Below the pieces are notes generated by a model, which did no database searches, was not told where the DNA came from, and worked only from the letters and a program-made list of their open reading frames with translations. The translations under genes and the position numbers were made by a program. A stretch of 64,000 bases of DNA, from the IMG/VR virus record IMGVR_UViG_3300024496_000011. One strand, written 5' to 3'. Below are positions 20,038 to 28,451 of the stretch, in pieces (the stretch's first letter is position 1; each line of letters starts with the position of its first letter). The stretch is from a virus.

Positions 20038-20985
20038 TCATTCTTCAGCAAGACGCTGGAAATAAGAAAGTGCATCATCTTCATCCTCATCTTCAGTAGT
20101 AATCTTTGGAAGAGAAGGAGACTTAGAACGAGCATAAGACTGCTCTAGTTCTTCTACAACTTTAGATTCAACGGAAGGAGATTGCTCATAACTAGCAAAC
20201 TCATCTTCCTGTTCTACAACTGCACGAGAGCGAGTCGGAGAAGAATTCTTAAGACCGAGAACAGTGTTCATACGGTTCTCAAGTTCTTCATAAGACTTGA
20301 ATTGATCAGGTGCAATAGTAGCAGCTAGAGAATATTGCTTCTTCCAGATTGCTTCAAGAGCATCATCATCACTAAGAAGAGGTTCGACAGGACCAAACTC
20401 AGACTTATCATAATTCCAATACCCATCTTTCTTTACGATCTTGAGTTTGAAATTAGCACCTTGCCAGAAGTCAAAAGGATTGATCGGAGTTTCATCCTCA
20501 AACTCAGGTTGCATTGCTTCCATGATCTTATCAAAGATCTTCTTACCATACTTAAACAGGAAGACTTTACCTTCGTTGGCAGGATTAGAAGGATCCTTCA
20601 CAACATAAATGTTGCTGTAATAAGAGAGTTTACGCTTTTGTTTGCGAACGATTTCTTTGTTTGCTTCGGTTCCACTATTCCAGAGTTGTCGGTTATACTC
20701 AGAAACAGGATCTTTTTGTCCGATAGTGGTCAGAGAGTTCTCAATATACCAACCACCAGGACCTTGGAATCCATGGGAATAAACTTTAGACCAGGGAACA
20801 TCTTCTCCTTCAGGTGCAGGAAGGAAACGAATCACTGCAAAACCGTTTCCAGTTTTATCCAGTTCTGGTTTCCAGAGACGCTCATCAGCACCCCCAGAAG
20901 TTGCACTCATCTTCTCCACTTCTTTTACCAGTTTAGAAGTCAGAGAACCAAGAGAGGATTGTTTTTTAAGATCAGCAAAAGACAT
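20038..20985 (-). CDS. gp32: single-stranded DNA-binding protein
   Basis: WKPELDKTGNGFAVIRFLPA...GPGGWYIENSLTT...FDFWQGANFKLK; acidic tail. Confidence 0.97.
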   Translation of the reverse strand: MSFADLKKQSSLGSLTSKLVKEVEKMSATSGGADERLWKPELDKTGNGFAVIRFLPAPEGEDVPWSKVYSHGFQGPGGWYIENSLTTIGQKDPVSEYNRQLWNSGTEANKEIVRKQKRKLSYYSNIYVVKDPSNPANEGKVFLFKYGKKIFDKIMEAMQPEFEDETPINPFDFWQGANFKLKIVKKDGYWNYDKSEFGPVEPLLSDDDALEAIWKKQYSLAATIAPDQFKSYEELENRMNTVLGLKNSSPTRSRAVVEQEDEFASYEQSPSVESKVVEELEQSYARSKSPSLPKITTEDEDEDDALSYFQRLAEE

Positions 20986-21035
20986 TAGATTACCTCGGAT
21001 TGTGTACGGATTTGGCTTTTGTGTACTTCGTTATT

Positions 21036-21380
21036 CTACAGGTCGGAACCTGTTTTGTCAATCTGTTCTTTCATCATCTCAAGCATCTTAGACATGTTAT
21101 TGAGAATTATAGTCATATCAGTACCAGGAGGCATTCCCATCATAATCGCAGAATTGACAACTCGTTCTTTCATCTCAACTGCTTCGGGATCATCAGATAA
21201 ACTCATTCTTGTATAAAGAACTTTTTGTTTATCTAAAAGAGTTTCAAGAACTTCAACATGTTGAAGTTTTTCTTCTTTGGTCATTGTAGGAAACTTGAAA
21301 ATGTTTCCGTAAATTTGTTCTTGAAGTTCTGCAATTTGAGTCATTTCTGCTCGGACAACTTCGGAACTAAAAAAACTCAT
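21036..21380 (-). CDS. conserved cyanophage hypothetical protein (DUF1825-like)
   Basis: MSFFSSEVVRAEM...LLDKQK..YTRMSLSDDPEA. Confidence 0.75.
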   Translation of the reverse strand: MSFFSSEVVRAEMTQIAELQEQIYGNIFKFPTMTKEEKLQHVEVLETLLDKQKVLYTRMSLSDDPEAVEMKERVVNSAIMMGMPPGTDMTIILNNMSKMLEMMKEQIDKTGSDL

Positions 21381-21976
21381 TGATCCTCCAGGACTATTTC
21401 TTTCAAAAGTTTTCGATAACGAAATACATCAATATTTAGAAATGGATTATATTTTTTAATTCTACGACTGACGGTTTCCCACACTGGGTCTTTAAGTTTC
21501 TTATCAAACTTATTCCCGAACAGGAATATCTTATCATATATCACTAGTGTTTCTAGGCTAATTTTCCCGCTCAGGAACTTTTTTAGAAGCGGTGGATGAC
21601 CCTTTGAACACTTAAAAACATCTTCAAATTTATTTTCTTCAAATAAAGATTGACTTTCTTCTTTGAAAACATAAGAAAGAGACTGTACTTTCTTCTGCCA
21701 ATTTTGATATCTTTCTTCCCCTTCTTTGATCATTTCCCCAATCCAAAGTGTTTCTGGATCAGGACATGAGACAAAGTTGGCAACAAAAAATTCTAGAACT
21801 TCTTTATCTGATTTTTGTCTTGAAATTTTTTCGAACCACATTCTGTCTTTGCGTTTATAAAAAGACTGAACGGTTGCTCTACTTTTACCACAATATTTAA
21901 AATAATCATAACTGTCTTTGGTAAAATGATTTTTCAAAGACAGATAACATTTGTAGGCATCAAAAGGCATCATCAA
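21377..21976 (-). CDS. gp59: helicase loader
   Basis: FDAYKCYLSLKNHFT...YDYFKY...FYKRKDR. Confidence 0.85.
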   Translation of the reverse strand: MMMPFDAYKCYLSLKNHFTKDSYDYFKYCGKSRATVQSFYKRKDRMWFEKISRQKSDKEVLEFFVANFVSCPDPETLWIGEMIKEGEERYQNWQKKVQSLSYVFKEESQSLFEENKFEDVFKCSKGHPPLLKKFLSGKISLETLVIYDKIFLFGNKFDKKLKDPVWETVSRRIKKYNPFLNIDVFRYRKLLKEIVLEDQ

Positions 21977-22230
21977 AAAATTAATTTTGCACGGGAGGTT
22001 TTTTTAAGAAAGTTCAATTCCATTGCTTCATACTTTATTTTTTCTTTCAATGGTTTTGATATGAGCTTTGGAACGGATTCCAAATCAATATTGTTTTGCT
22101 CACAGAAATAAACAATAGCATCAATATAATTCATTTCAGTATTAACCTGAACAAGATTTTCAATTTCTTGAGCAAAACTTGATGGGCAGAAGAATTTACT
22201 TTCTAACGCTTTTTCTAATTCATTCTCCAT
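21973..22230 (-). CDS. gp33: late transcription coactivator
   Basis: YIDAIVYFCEQNNID.E...KLISKPLKEKIKYEA..LNFL. Confidence 0.9.
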   Translation of the reverse strand: MENELEKALESKFFCPSSFAQEIENLVQVNTEMNYIDAIVYFCEQNNIDLESVPKLISKPLKEKIKYEAMELNFLKKTSRAKLIF

Positions 22231-22900
22231 CTGACCTAGTATTGTGATGTACAAATTCTTTGATATACCGAACTAATAGCTTAATATAATCGTCTTTGTT
22301 TCTTTTGTCAAATACCTTTACCTCTCCACCAGGAGTCACCATAAGTGTAATGAGTTTCTTAATAGGTATTTCTGTCAATTCATAATATGCAGCAGCATAA
22401 AACATTTCTTGAACAAAATAATTTTCAATCCACTTTTCTGGTTTAATCTTATCTGATGTCTTGAAGTCTATAACAGCAAGTTCACCTTCGTATTCTGCAA
22501 TACAATCGACTCTTCCCGCAAGTCCAAGATATTCTGAATAGAGTGTGCGCTCAATTGCATGAATATTATTTATCTTGTCCAAATATGGTTTTGCATGATG
22601 ATACATGATTTTTGTCATGGGTTGATAATCATTCCACACAAGTTCTTTGTTTTCAAGATAATCTTGACAGACTTGGTGAAAGTCAGTGCCTCTTGCAGTT
22701 GCTCTTTTAGTAATACGATTTGCTTCTTCTAAACCTACTCGATTTCTCCAATCAATAAAAATTTGTCGATTGTAAAAAGAAGTAACCGAAGTAATTGAAG
22801 GAACCCAATCTCCATTTGGAAGATTATAGAGACGAATCCCATTCATCTCTTTTTTATTTAATTCAAGTTCACCTAGGTAATTATGATGAATAAATGTCAT
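22220..22900 (-). CDS. PD-(D/E)XK exonuclease
   Basis: PSITSV...RGTDFH...LAGRVDCIAEYEGELAVIDFKTS. Confidence 0.88.
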   Translation of the reverse strand: MTFIHHNYLGELELNKKEMNGIRLYNLPNGDWVPSITSVTSFYNRQIFIDWRNRVGLEEANRITKRATARGTDFHQVCQDYLENKELVWNDYQPMTKIMYHHAKPYLDKINNIHAIERTLYSEYLGLAGRVDCIAEYEGELAVIDFKTSDKIKPEKWIENYFVQEMFYAAAYYELTEIPIKKLITLMVTPGGEVKVFDKRNKDDYIKLLVRYIKEFVHHNTRSDGE

Positions 22901-23649
22901 GCACCGATTTCCATTTTTGCGAGAATGTATTCTTTAACAAATCCTGAACGAACAATATCATCCACACTAAATTCAATAATATCAATTGATGGCATGATTC
23001 GAAGAATCTTCATGAAATCAACAATTCCATTTTTCTCATTTGTTTTGATGAGATCGGATTGAGTAGCATCACCACAGAAAAGAATTTTAGAATTCTCACC
23101 CACACGAGTAATGATTGAATCAAGTTCATGAAAGTTTAGATTCTGAAACTCATCGACAATGATGATTGCATTGTCTAGAGTTGTACCACGAATAAAAGAA
23201 GTGCTCCAGAAACTAATCGTACCTTGAGTTTTAAGATTTCCATAGAGCATTTCAAAAGAAGCTTCATCAGGCATTTCAAACATGTACTTCACCATGTTCT
23301 TATATGGAATCTGATAAAGACTTGACTTGTCTTCATGATCTCCAGGAAGGAATCCAATTTCACGAGTAGCAACCAAAGACCTTACGATATAAATTTTTTC
23401 ATAAGGACTTTTTTCATCGAGAACATCTTTGATTGCATTATAAAGTGCAATAAAGGTCTTACCAGTTCCAGCGCAACCATAAGCAACAATGTTTTTATCT
23501 AACTTATAAGATTTAAAAAACTCTTCTTGATTGTCAGTAAGAGGTTCAATATTTCTTATAATGTCGAGATTGATTGGTTTCTTTCTCTTCATTTGCCTGT
23601 TGCTCATACCAAATGGAACTGGATTTTTAGGGGTGTTTTTTCTAGGCAT
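22897..23649 (-). CDS. phoH: PhoH-family ATPase
   Basis: GCAGTGKT Walker A, IGFLPG, RGTTLDNAIIIVDEFQN, GDATQSDL. Confidence 0.96.
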   Translation of the reverse strand: MPRKNTPKNPVPFGMSNRQMKRKKPINLDIIRNIEPLTDNQEEFFKSYKLDKNIVAYGCAGTGKTFIALYNAIKDVLDEKSPYEKIYIVRSLVATREIGFLPGDHEDKSSLYQIPYKNMVKYMFEMPDEASFEMLYGNLKTQGTISFWSTSFIRGTTLDNAIIIVDEFQNLNFHELDSIITRVGENSKILFCGDATQSDLIKTNEKNGIVDFMKILRIMPSIDIIEFSVDDIVRSGFVKEYILAKMEIGA

Positions 23650-23650
23650 A

Positions 23651-23899
23651 TCAGACTGGTTTTACATTTGATCCTGGTACTTTTGATGCTTTGTATAGAA
23701 CATCATTCCATCCAGGGTGAGATTTTTTAAGTCTATCATAGATTTCACCGACTTCTCCTGAATTGGGACAAGTTGACGGATCTGACCAATCCCTATCCCA
23801 ATCTGGATTATCTATTTTCCACTGGTCCCAATCATGAACACTTAAAGTGACTTCTTTTTGTTCACCAGTCTGTTTATTAATAACAGGATATGTTGCCAA
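23651..23899 (-). CDS. conserved hypothetical protein
   Basis: MATYPVINKQTGEQKEV...GWNDVLYK. Confidence 0.75.
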   Translation of the reverse strand: MATYPVINKQTGEQKEVTLSVHDWDQWKIDNPDWDRDWSDPSTCPNSGEVGEIYDRLKKSHPGWNDVLYKASKVPGSNVKPV

Positions 23900-23928
23900 T
23901 GTTACTTCTCCATAGTATGTAAGGATAT

Positions 23929-24660
23929 TTATTCAATCGTAATTGAAGGAGCATCAGAGCATTCTGGACAGTCTTCACGAGTCCATCCAAGTGCTTCAGA
24001 TACCGCAGGGAACTGGCAAGTAAAGATACAACGAACAAGTTCTGCAATCTCCATATGTTCCTTCTGCGTACCGTGTGCAGAGCGAAGATCGATGTAATGT
24101 ATCCATGACCTTACAGAACCGGTCATATAAAGTCTTGTGGGGGTCGCCAAGGGCAGTACGAACCTTGCGCACTCCTTTGCTACTCCTTTCTCCAGAAGAC
24201 GGTTGTAGAGTCTCAGACCCTGCTCAAAATGAACGCGGATGTCTTCGGTCAGAGTCAGTTTCAAATAGTCAGGAATGTCATCAATAGAGTTCTGACGATT
24301 CTTATTGTCTTGACGACGAAGTTCTGGTAGCGGAATAGTTTTATTCAGAAGATTTGTGTCAGCATACCGTTGTGAAAATTCTTGATATGTGAAAGAACGG
24401 TGTCGTAAGATTTGAGCTGCTAGACCGCGAGTGGTGTTAATCTCTACGGTCATACTTGCTTGCTCAAAGATACTCCAGTGTTGATGTTGAATACAGTACT
24501 TAAGGAGACCAGAGAACTTTTCATTATCCTGATTAGCAGGATTAGAAACCCTAGCACAGTATGCCATATGTTTCTCTGCATCAGGAGTAACACTAATCAG
24601 TTTTACTTCTGGTTTCATAAATTCAAATTCTTCAGTCAGCATATCCATCGTCATCGTCAT
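23929..24660 (-). CDS. thyX: flavin-dependent thymidylate synthase
   Basis: QILRHRSFTYQEFSQRY ThyX motif; HWSIFEQA; true start probably near 24620. Confidence 0.95.
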   Translation of the reverse strand: MTMTMDMLTEEFEFMKPEVKLISVTPDAEKHMAYCARVSNPANQDNEKFSGLLKYCIQHQHWSIFEQASMTVEINTTRGLAAQILRHRSFTYQEFSQRYADTNLLNKTIPLPELRRQDNKNRQNSIDDIPDYLKLTLTEDIRVHFEQGLRLYNRLLEKGVAKECARFVLPLATPTRLYMTGSVRSWIHYIDLRSAHGTQKEHMEIAELVRCIFTCQFPAVSEALGWTREDCPECSDAPSITIE

Positions 24661-24832
24661 AAAATACTTCGTCGTAATCGTTTAGGTAAGGTGCAATTTC
24701 TTCATATCGTGGTTCTTGTGTATAAGAATCCACATCAGAATTAATCTCTGACTTGAGACATTCTACCAGAGACTCAAGGTTTCTGACAATAATCTTAAGC
24801 TTTTCTTGATTCATGTTTATCAACCTCGACAA
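24632..24832 (-). CDS. hypothetical protein
   Basis: 66-aa ORF downstream of the promoter at 24838-24866. Confidence 0.65.
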   Translation of the reverse strand: MSRLINMNQEKLKIIVRNLESLVECLKSEINSDVDSYTQEPRYEEIAPYLNDYDEVFYDDDDGYAD

Positions 24833-24837
24833 AGGTA

Positions 24838-24876
24838 ATTATACACAAAAAAAAGAGGGGAGTCAAGTCCCCTCTT
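24838..24876 (-). terminator. Rho-independent terminator with overlapping sigma70 promoter
   Basis: AAGAGGGG-N8-CCCCTCTT followed by U-tract; TTGACT-N17-TATAAT superimposed. Confidence 0.85.
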
Positions 24877-24879
24877 AAA

Positions 24880-24978
24880 TCATTTTGCTGCTACCAGAGT
24901 AGCAAGAGATGCTTTACGACGCCTCTCTTCTTTTTGCTTTTGCTCTTTAATGAGTTGAAGTGCATTAAGTTTTTTCAT
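24880..24978 (-). CDS. 32-aa basic peptide (MKKLNALQLIKEQKQKEERRRKASLATLVAAK)
   Basis: ATGA-coupled to the upstream DUF4278-like gene, GGAGAGG RBS-like sequence, followed by a terminator. Confidence 0.6.
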   Translation of the reverse strand: MKKLNALQLIKEQKQKEERRRKASLATLVAAK

Positions 24979-25127
24979 TTTGACCTCTCCATGGAAAGTT
25001 TATTTCCATTTTCATCAACATAAAACATGGTTCCACGATAGATTTCTACTCGCGGTTCTTGTTTAAATGATTGATTTGGGCGGTTAGCAGTATCATATTC
25101 GATACCACGATATACTACTTTTGACAT
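24975..25127 (-). CDS. DUF4278-like small protein (50 aa)
   Basis: MSKVVYRGIEYD...EIYRG repeated YRG motif; AAGGAG RBS; downstream of a Downstream-peptide-type RNA. Confidence 0.75.
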   Translation of the reverse strand: MSKVVYRGIEYDTANRPNQSFKQEPRVEIYRGTMFYVDENGNKLSMERSK

Positions 25128-25159
25128 TAGGTTTCTCCTTAATGGTTTAGGTTAAAGAG

Positions 25160-25210
25160 CGTTCCTTCAGTCGGCGTTTGCGTTCGCTATTTGCGAATAG
25201 CGAATGAACG
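25160..25210 (-). ncRNA. glutamine-II (Downstream-peptide) riboswitch-like RNA
   Basis: CGTTCA-[TTCGCTATT/AATAGCGAA hairpin]-CGCAAACGCCGACTGAAGGAACG; CGTTC/GAACG closing stem. Confidence 0.75.
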
Positions 25211-25213
25211 ATC

Positions 25214-25462
25214 CGTTCCGCGTCGGCTTACTTCCGTCCTATTAGGTTTTAGCACTTTACTATGAAGTCCTTTCGGAGTTCTAATAACAATCGGTCCTCT
25301 ATCTTTTGAATTACTACATCGTCGTTTTTAACGATGTCCATTAGTTCCATCGCGGTGTCGCAAGAAACTGCAACCTGTTGGATGCTAGATGCTTGTGGCG
25401 CTGAAACGAAGAGGAAAGGAACCCATGCTAAAAGCAAGAGTGCTTTAGTCATAGGATGAACG
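25214..25462 (-). ncRNA. glutamine-I (glnA) riboswitch-like RNA with an ORF in its P2 loop
   Basis: 5' CGTTCA-TCCTAT ... ATAGGA-CGGAAGTAAGCCGACGCGGAACG 3'; P1 CGTTC/GAACG, P2 TCCTAT/ATAGGA. Confidence 0.6.
25249..25452 (-). CDS. 67-aa protein with predicted signal peptide, nested in riboswitch-like RNA
   Basis: MTKALLLLAWVPFLFVSAPQASS hydrophobic leader. Confidence 0.6.
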   Translation of the reverse strand: MTKALLLLAWVPFLFVSAPQASSIQQVAVSCDTAMELMDIVKNDDVVIQKIEDRLLLELRKDFIVKC

Positions 25463-25509
25463 GTAGAGGATTATTATACCTCTAATCAACTTATATAGGA
25501 AGTTTTGTG

Positions 25510-25525
25510 TGTATTTCCTGATACA
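25510..25525. promoter_or_regulatory. NtcA-binding box
   Basis: TGTA-TTTCCTGA-TACA = perfect GTA-N8-TAC with T/A flanks, 32 nt upstream of a minus-strand TATAAT (25473-25478). Confidence 0.6.
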
Positions 25526-25530
25526 ATTTT

Positions 25531-25857
25531 TTACCTCTCAATATAACTTAATGTATGATTGGTAGCATAAAGTTGTTGGATAATTATATCGCATCCAATT
25601 TTAGGATTACAATCTCCACAAGTATAAACATCCACTGCTGCTTTACCTTCTTCAGGCCATGTATGAATACTAATATGACTTTCTGAAAGTAAACAAATTA
25701 CAGTAACTCCCTGTGGTTCAAACTTTTTTGAAATTGTTTGAACCACAGTAGCACCACTTGCAACTGCTGCATTTTCGAGTAAGTCTATAAGACAACGCTC
25801 GTCGTCCAAAAGGACAAACGAGCATCCATACAAGTTAAGTAGATAATGCTTTCCCAT
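25531..25857 (-). CDS. speD: S-adenosylmethionine decarboxylase proenzyme
   Basis: FEPQGVT...LLSESHISIHTWPE.G.AAVDVYTCG. Confidence 0.95.
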   Translation of the reverse strand: MGKHYLLNLYGCSFVLLDDERCLIDLLENAAVASGATVVQTISKKFEPQGVTVICLLSESHISIHTWPEEGKAAVDVYTCGDCNPKIGCDIIIQQLYATNHTLSYIER

Positions 25858-25864
25858 TTTGACG

Positions 25865-26047
25865 TTAGTTTTCTTCCGCTTCTTTTATTAATGAACTTAT
25901 AATATCTTCCGTACCATCCATCGTTTTAATAGTAAACAAAGATGACCTTTGATATTTTTTAATTTTTTTATATTTTTTAAGAAGTTTATTTAGTTCTTCT
26001 TTATAAATTGCTACTTCAATTTTTTCTTCACTAAAACCTTCACTCAT
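25865..26047 (-). CDS. hypothetical protein
   Basis: ORF within operon, ATGA overlap. Confidence 0.65.
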   Translation of the reverse strand: MSEGFSEEKIEVAIYKEELNKLLKKYKKIKKYQRSSLFTIKTMDGTEDIISSLIKEAEEN

Positions 26048-26397
26048 TTTCTTTTTTTCTTCTCGGGTTGTTTATATCCCCAAAGCTTTGGATTTGTTCT
26101 ACCATATCCAAAATCAATCTTTTTAACAGCACCTGGACCATACTTGTCATAGTACATATCAAAAAGATTTACTCGTTTGGGACAACGAGTTAAATCAATA
26201 TGTTCTTCACCATCAACAACATACCAAATCAAGTATGCATCGTTGGGAAGTGAAGAATCTTTTGCTTTTTCTACAGTAGTTTTTTCAAAAAGAATTTCAC
26301 ATCCATACTCATGAGGCAGAACTTTATTAATCTTGCTTTTATTTTCTGCCATTTTCTTTTTCGCTCCTACTGCTATACTCATGAACGACCACCCCAC
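26044..26397 (-). CDS. conserved hypothetical protein
   Basis: SLPNDAYLIWY...FDMYYDKYG...YGRTNPKLWG. Confidence 0.7.
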   Translation of the reverse strand: MGWSFMSIAVGAKKKMAENKSKINKVLPHEYGCEILFEKTTVEKAKDSSLPNDAYLIWYVVDGEEHIDLTRCPKRVNLFDMYYDKYGPGAVKKIDFGYGRTNPKLWGYKQPEKKKRK

Positions 26398-26966
26398 TGA
26401 ACATCGGGGTATGCTTCTTTTACATTTTCAAGAGTTATTTTGTATTTAGTTTGCAGTTTTTTATCTTTTGTAAGGATCAATAATTCTGCTTCTTTTGGAT
26501 GAAGTCCCTGAAGTAAATTGATAAACATCATCTCTCTACGAATTGTAGATAGACTGTTGTTTCCACCTTTTACATAGTGATATAAATTTTGATACTCTCT
26601 GCGAAGAGAGGTTCTGCCGCGAGCATTAAGATCCTGTCCAGTGGCAGATTCACCACCAGAAGCTTCTCTCATCAAATTCTCAGAAAGAGTTCCAGAATAA
26701 ACAGATTGCTCATCCGCATTTGCATAAGGAACATCACCTTCAGGAAGAAGAGAAACTACAGACTCATCAAAGTTCCAAATAAAAATAGTTTTTAAAGAAT
26801 CATGTTCATAAGTTTTTAAAACTTCAATCTTCTTTGCATTCGATCTCTGCTTTGAAGCAAGTTCCAAAATTTCAAATACAAAAGGATTTGGCGGAAGAAC
26901 TTCGATATTTTCTTCAGTCTTCTTCCTCGTCTTCGTCGGTGTAGTCATAATCGTAATCGTTTTCAA
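26379..26966 (-). CDS. conserved T4-like phage hypothetical protein
   Basis: LPEGDVPY...RREMMFINLLQGLHPKEAELLIL.KDKKL. Confidence 0.8.
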   Translation of the reverse strand: MKTITIMTTPTKTRKKTEENIEVLPPNPFVFEILELASKQRSNAKKIEVLKTYEHDSLKTIFIWNFDESVVSLLPEGDVPYANADEQSVYSGTLSENLMREASGGESATGQDLNARGRTSLRREYQNLYHYVKGGNNSLSTIRREMMFINLLQGLHPKEAELLILTKDKKLQTKYKITLENVKEAYPDVQWGGRS

Positions 26967-27147
26967 ATCGTACAGATACTATTTCGTCAGGTATTACCTG
27001 CCCATTTTCATCAAAAAACTCTGGATGCAAATATGGAGGTTTTGATTCCAATAAATGTCTATAAGTTAACCAACCTATTATACCTCCTACCATAAAAAAG
27101 AGCAATGTGAACATCGTGACGAATGTTATTACATATGCTGTTTCCAT
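26914..27147 (-). CDS. small membrane protein
   Basis: N-terminal TM segment, HPEFFDENG motif, acidic tail. Confidence 0.7.
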   Translation of the reverse strand: METAYVITFVTMFTLLFFMVGGIIGWLTYRHLLESKPPYLHPEFFDENGQVIPDEIVSVRFENDYDYDYTDEDEEED

Positions 27148-27165
27148 TTTTCTTCTCCAGAGAGT

Positions 27166-27405
27166 TTATTTTTTCCTAATATCAAAATGAAATTCTATAA
27201 AGAAATGAAACTCCCTACGGAATAGAGAAATCATTTTACCAAACTTCACTTGAAAAGTTTTTGGTTCTGGTAATTTTTTCCTCCTATTCCTAAGTAATAA
27301 TTCAATTCCCCGATTAATTTCGGGTTCTGATTTATTTAGTTTGCTTCTTTCGTCTTCCTGGTCTCTTATCATGATTATATCTCCAGGCATCCTCAAGAAT
27401 ACCAT
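27166..27405 (-). CDS. hypothetical protein
   Basis: INRGIELLLRNRRK...FRREFHF; start uncertain. Confidence 0.6.
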   Translation of the reverse strand: MVFLRMPGDIIMIRDQEDERSKLNKSEPEINRGIELLLRNRRKKLPEPKTFQVKFGKMISLFRREFHFFIEFHFDIRKK

Positions 27406-27691
27406 GCAGGTAATTTCTTATTTTTCTTGCTTGTGGTTTGGGAATGTGACCATATCCTTCACGAAGTTGTTTATGAATTTCATCAGATCCACCCTCAAGA
27501 TAATCGTCCAAATCCATCACAAGATTACTTAACTCGTGTGCTGTATTGCTTTCAATAAACTGTTCAACTTCTACTTTTTTAGTTCCACGAACTTTTAAAT
27601 AATCATAAAAACTCAAAACAAATTGTCCATTAAAAGCATAATCAATTGCTTTTTCCACATCGTTACAAACTTCGTAAAAATTATTATCCAT
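27332..27691 (-). CDS. conserved hypothetical protein
   Basis: QLREGYGHIPKPQARKIRNYL. Confidence 0.75.
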   Translation of the reverse strand: MDNNFYEVCNDVEKAIDYAFNGQFVLSFYDYLKVRGTKKVEVEQFIESNTAHELSNLVMDLDDYLEGGSDEIHKQLREGYGHIPKPQARKIRNYLHGILEDAWRYNHDKRPGRRKKQTK

Positions 27692-27927
27692 TAAACTAGT
27701 TTTTGCTCCTGAAGGTATTGAACAGTATCAGAACAACCACCAATGTGTTGATCATTAACAATCACTTGGGGAAAGGTAGATCCATTCCCAAATTCCGCAT
27801 AGAATTCTTCTCGCGTAAAATCGCTATTCAATTTATAAACTACATGCTGTAGTTGCGCCAACTCTAGCACTTGTTGAACTTTTGTGCAATATGGGCAACC
27901 ATCTTTTGAATAAACTGTAAACTTCAT
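27691..27927 (-). CDS. nrdC: glutaredoxin
   Basis: YSKDGCPYC, TFPQV, IGGCSD. Confidence 0.93.
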   Translation of the reverse strand: MKFTVYSKDGCPYCTKVQQVLELAQLQHVVYKLNSDFTREEFYAEFGNGSTFPQVIVNDQHIGGCSDTVQYLQEQKLV

Positions 27928-27947
27928 AATTGTTATAAAACTGAAAG

Positions 27948-28232
27948 TTATTTAGCGTTAACTGGAATTCCTTGTCCTTCAGGTAACCATACTTGTTGTT
28001 GAAGTTCCACATAAGGTAGTTCTTCTTTTGCTGCAGGTAAACCCAATTGACCAGGAAGCTGTTTATCTGTGGTTGATGTTACTGTAATAACTTGATCTAA
28101 AATAAACTTTTGTTTGCGATAACTTCTTTTATCCTTATCAAATCCAACTAACATCAATGCATCTTTTTCTTCTCCACAGTGAGCAATTACTCTACCTGTG
28201 GTTTTGTCAGTGACCACCCAATAATCATACAT
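27948..28232 (-). CDS. hypothetical protein
   Basis: 94-aa ORF. Confidence 0.6.
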   Translation of the reverse strand: MYDYWVVTDKTTGRVIAHCGEEKDALMLVGFDKDKRSYRKQKFILDQVITVTSTTDKQLPGQLGLPAAKEELPYVELQQQVWLPEGQGIPVNAK

Positions 28233-28451
28233 TCTTTTCTTGTGCTTTTGATTGATTATAAGTCTTTGCTGTCGGTCTGTAAAGTCCTGGCCATGTATCT
28301 CTAATGATTTCTGCGAGTTTGTATGGTGTTGTGGAAGTTATCATAAGTCTTGCATAACAGATAATATAAACATTATGATTCCAAAGAGTTGGAATAGTAT
28401 GAGAATAAGAAGCATAAAAAAAGGAGTTCAGAGAACTCCTTGTATTTATTT

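Noticed and set aside
20335-20988. 217-aa plus-strand ORF
   Set aside because: Antisense shadow of gp32 with no recognisable motif.
22220-22900. Cas4 or CRISPR link for the exonuclease
   Set aside because: No Fe-S Cys cluster is evident, no repeat-spacer array was seen in the window, and it is a standard T4-like cyanophage core gene.
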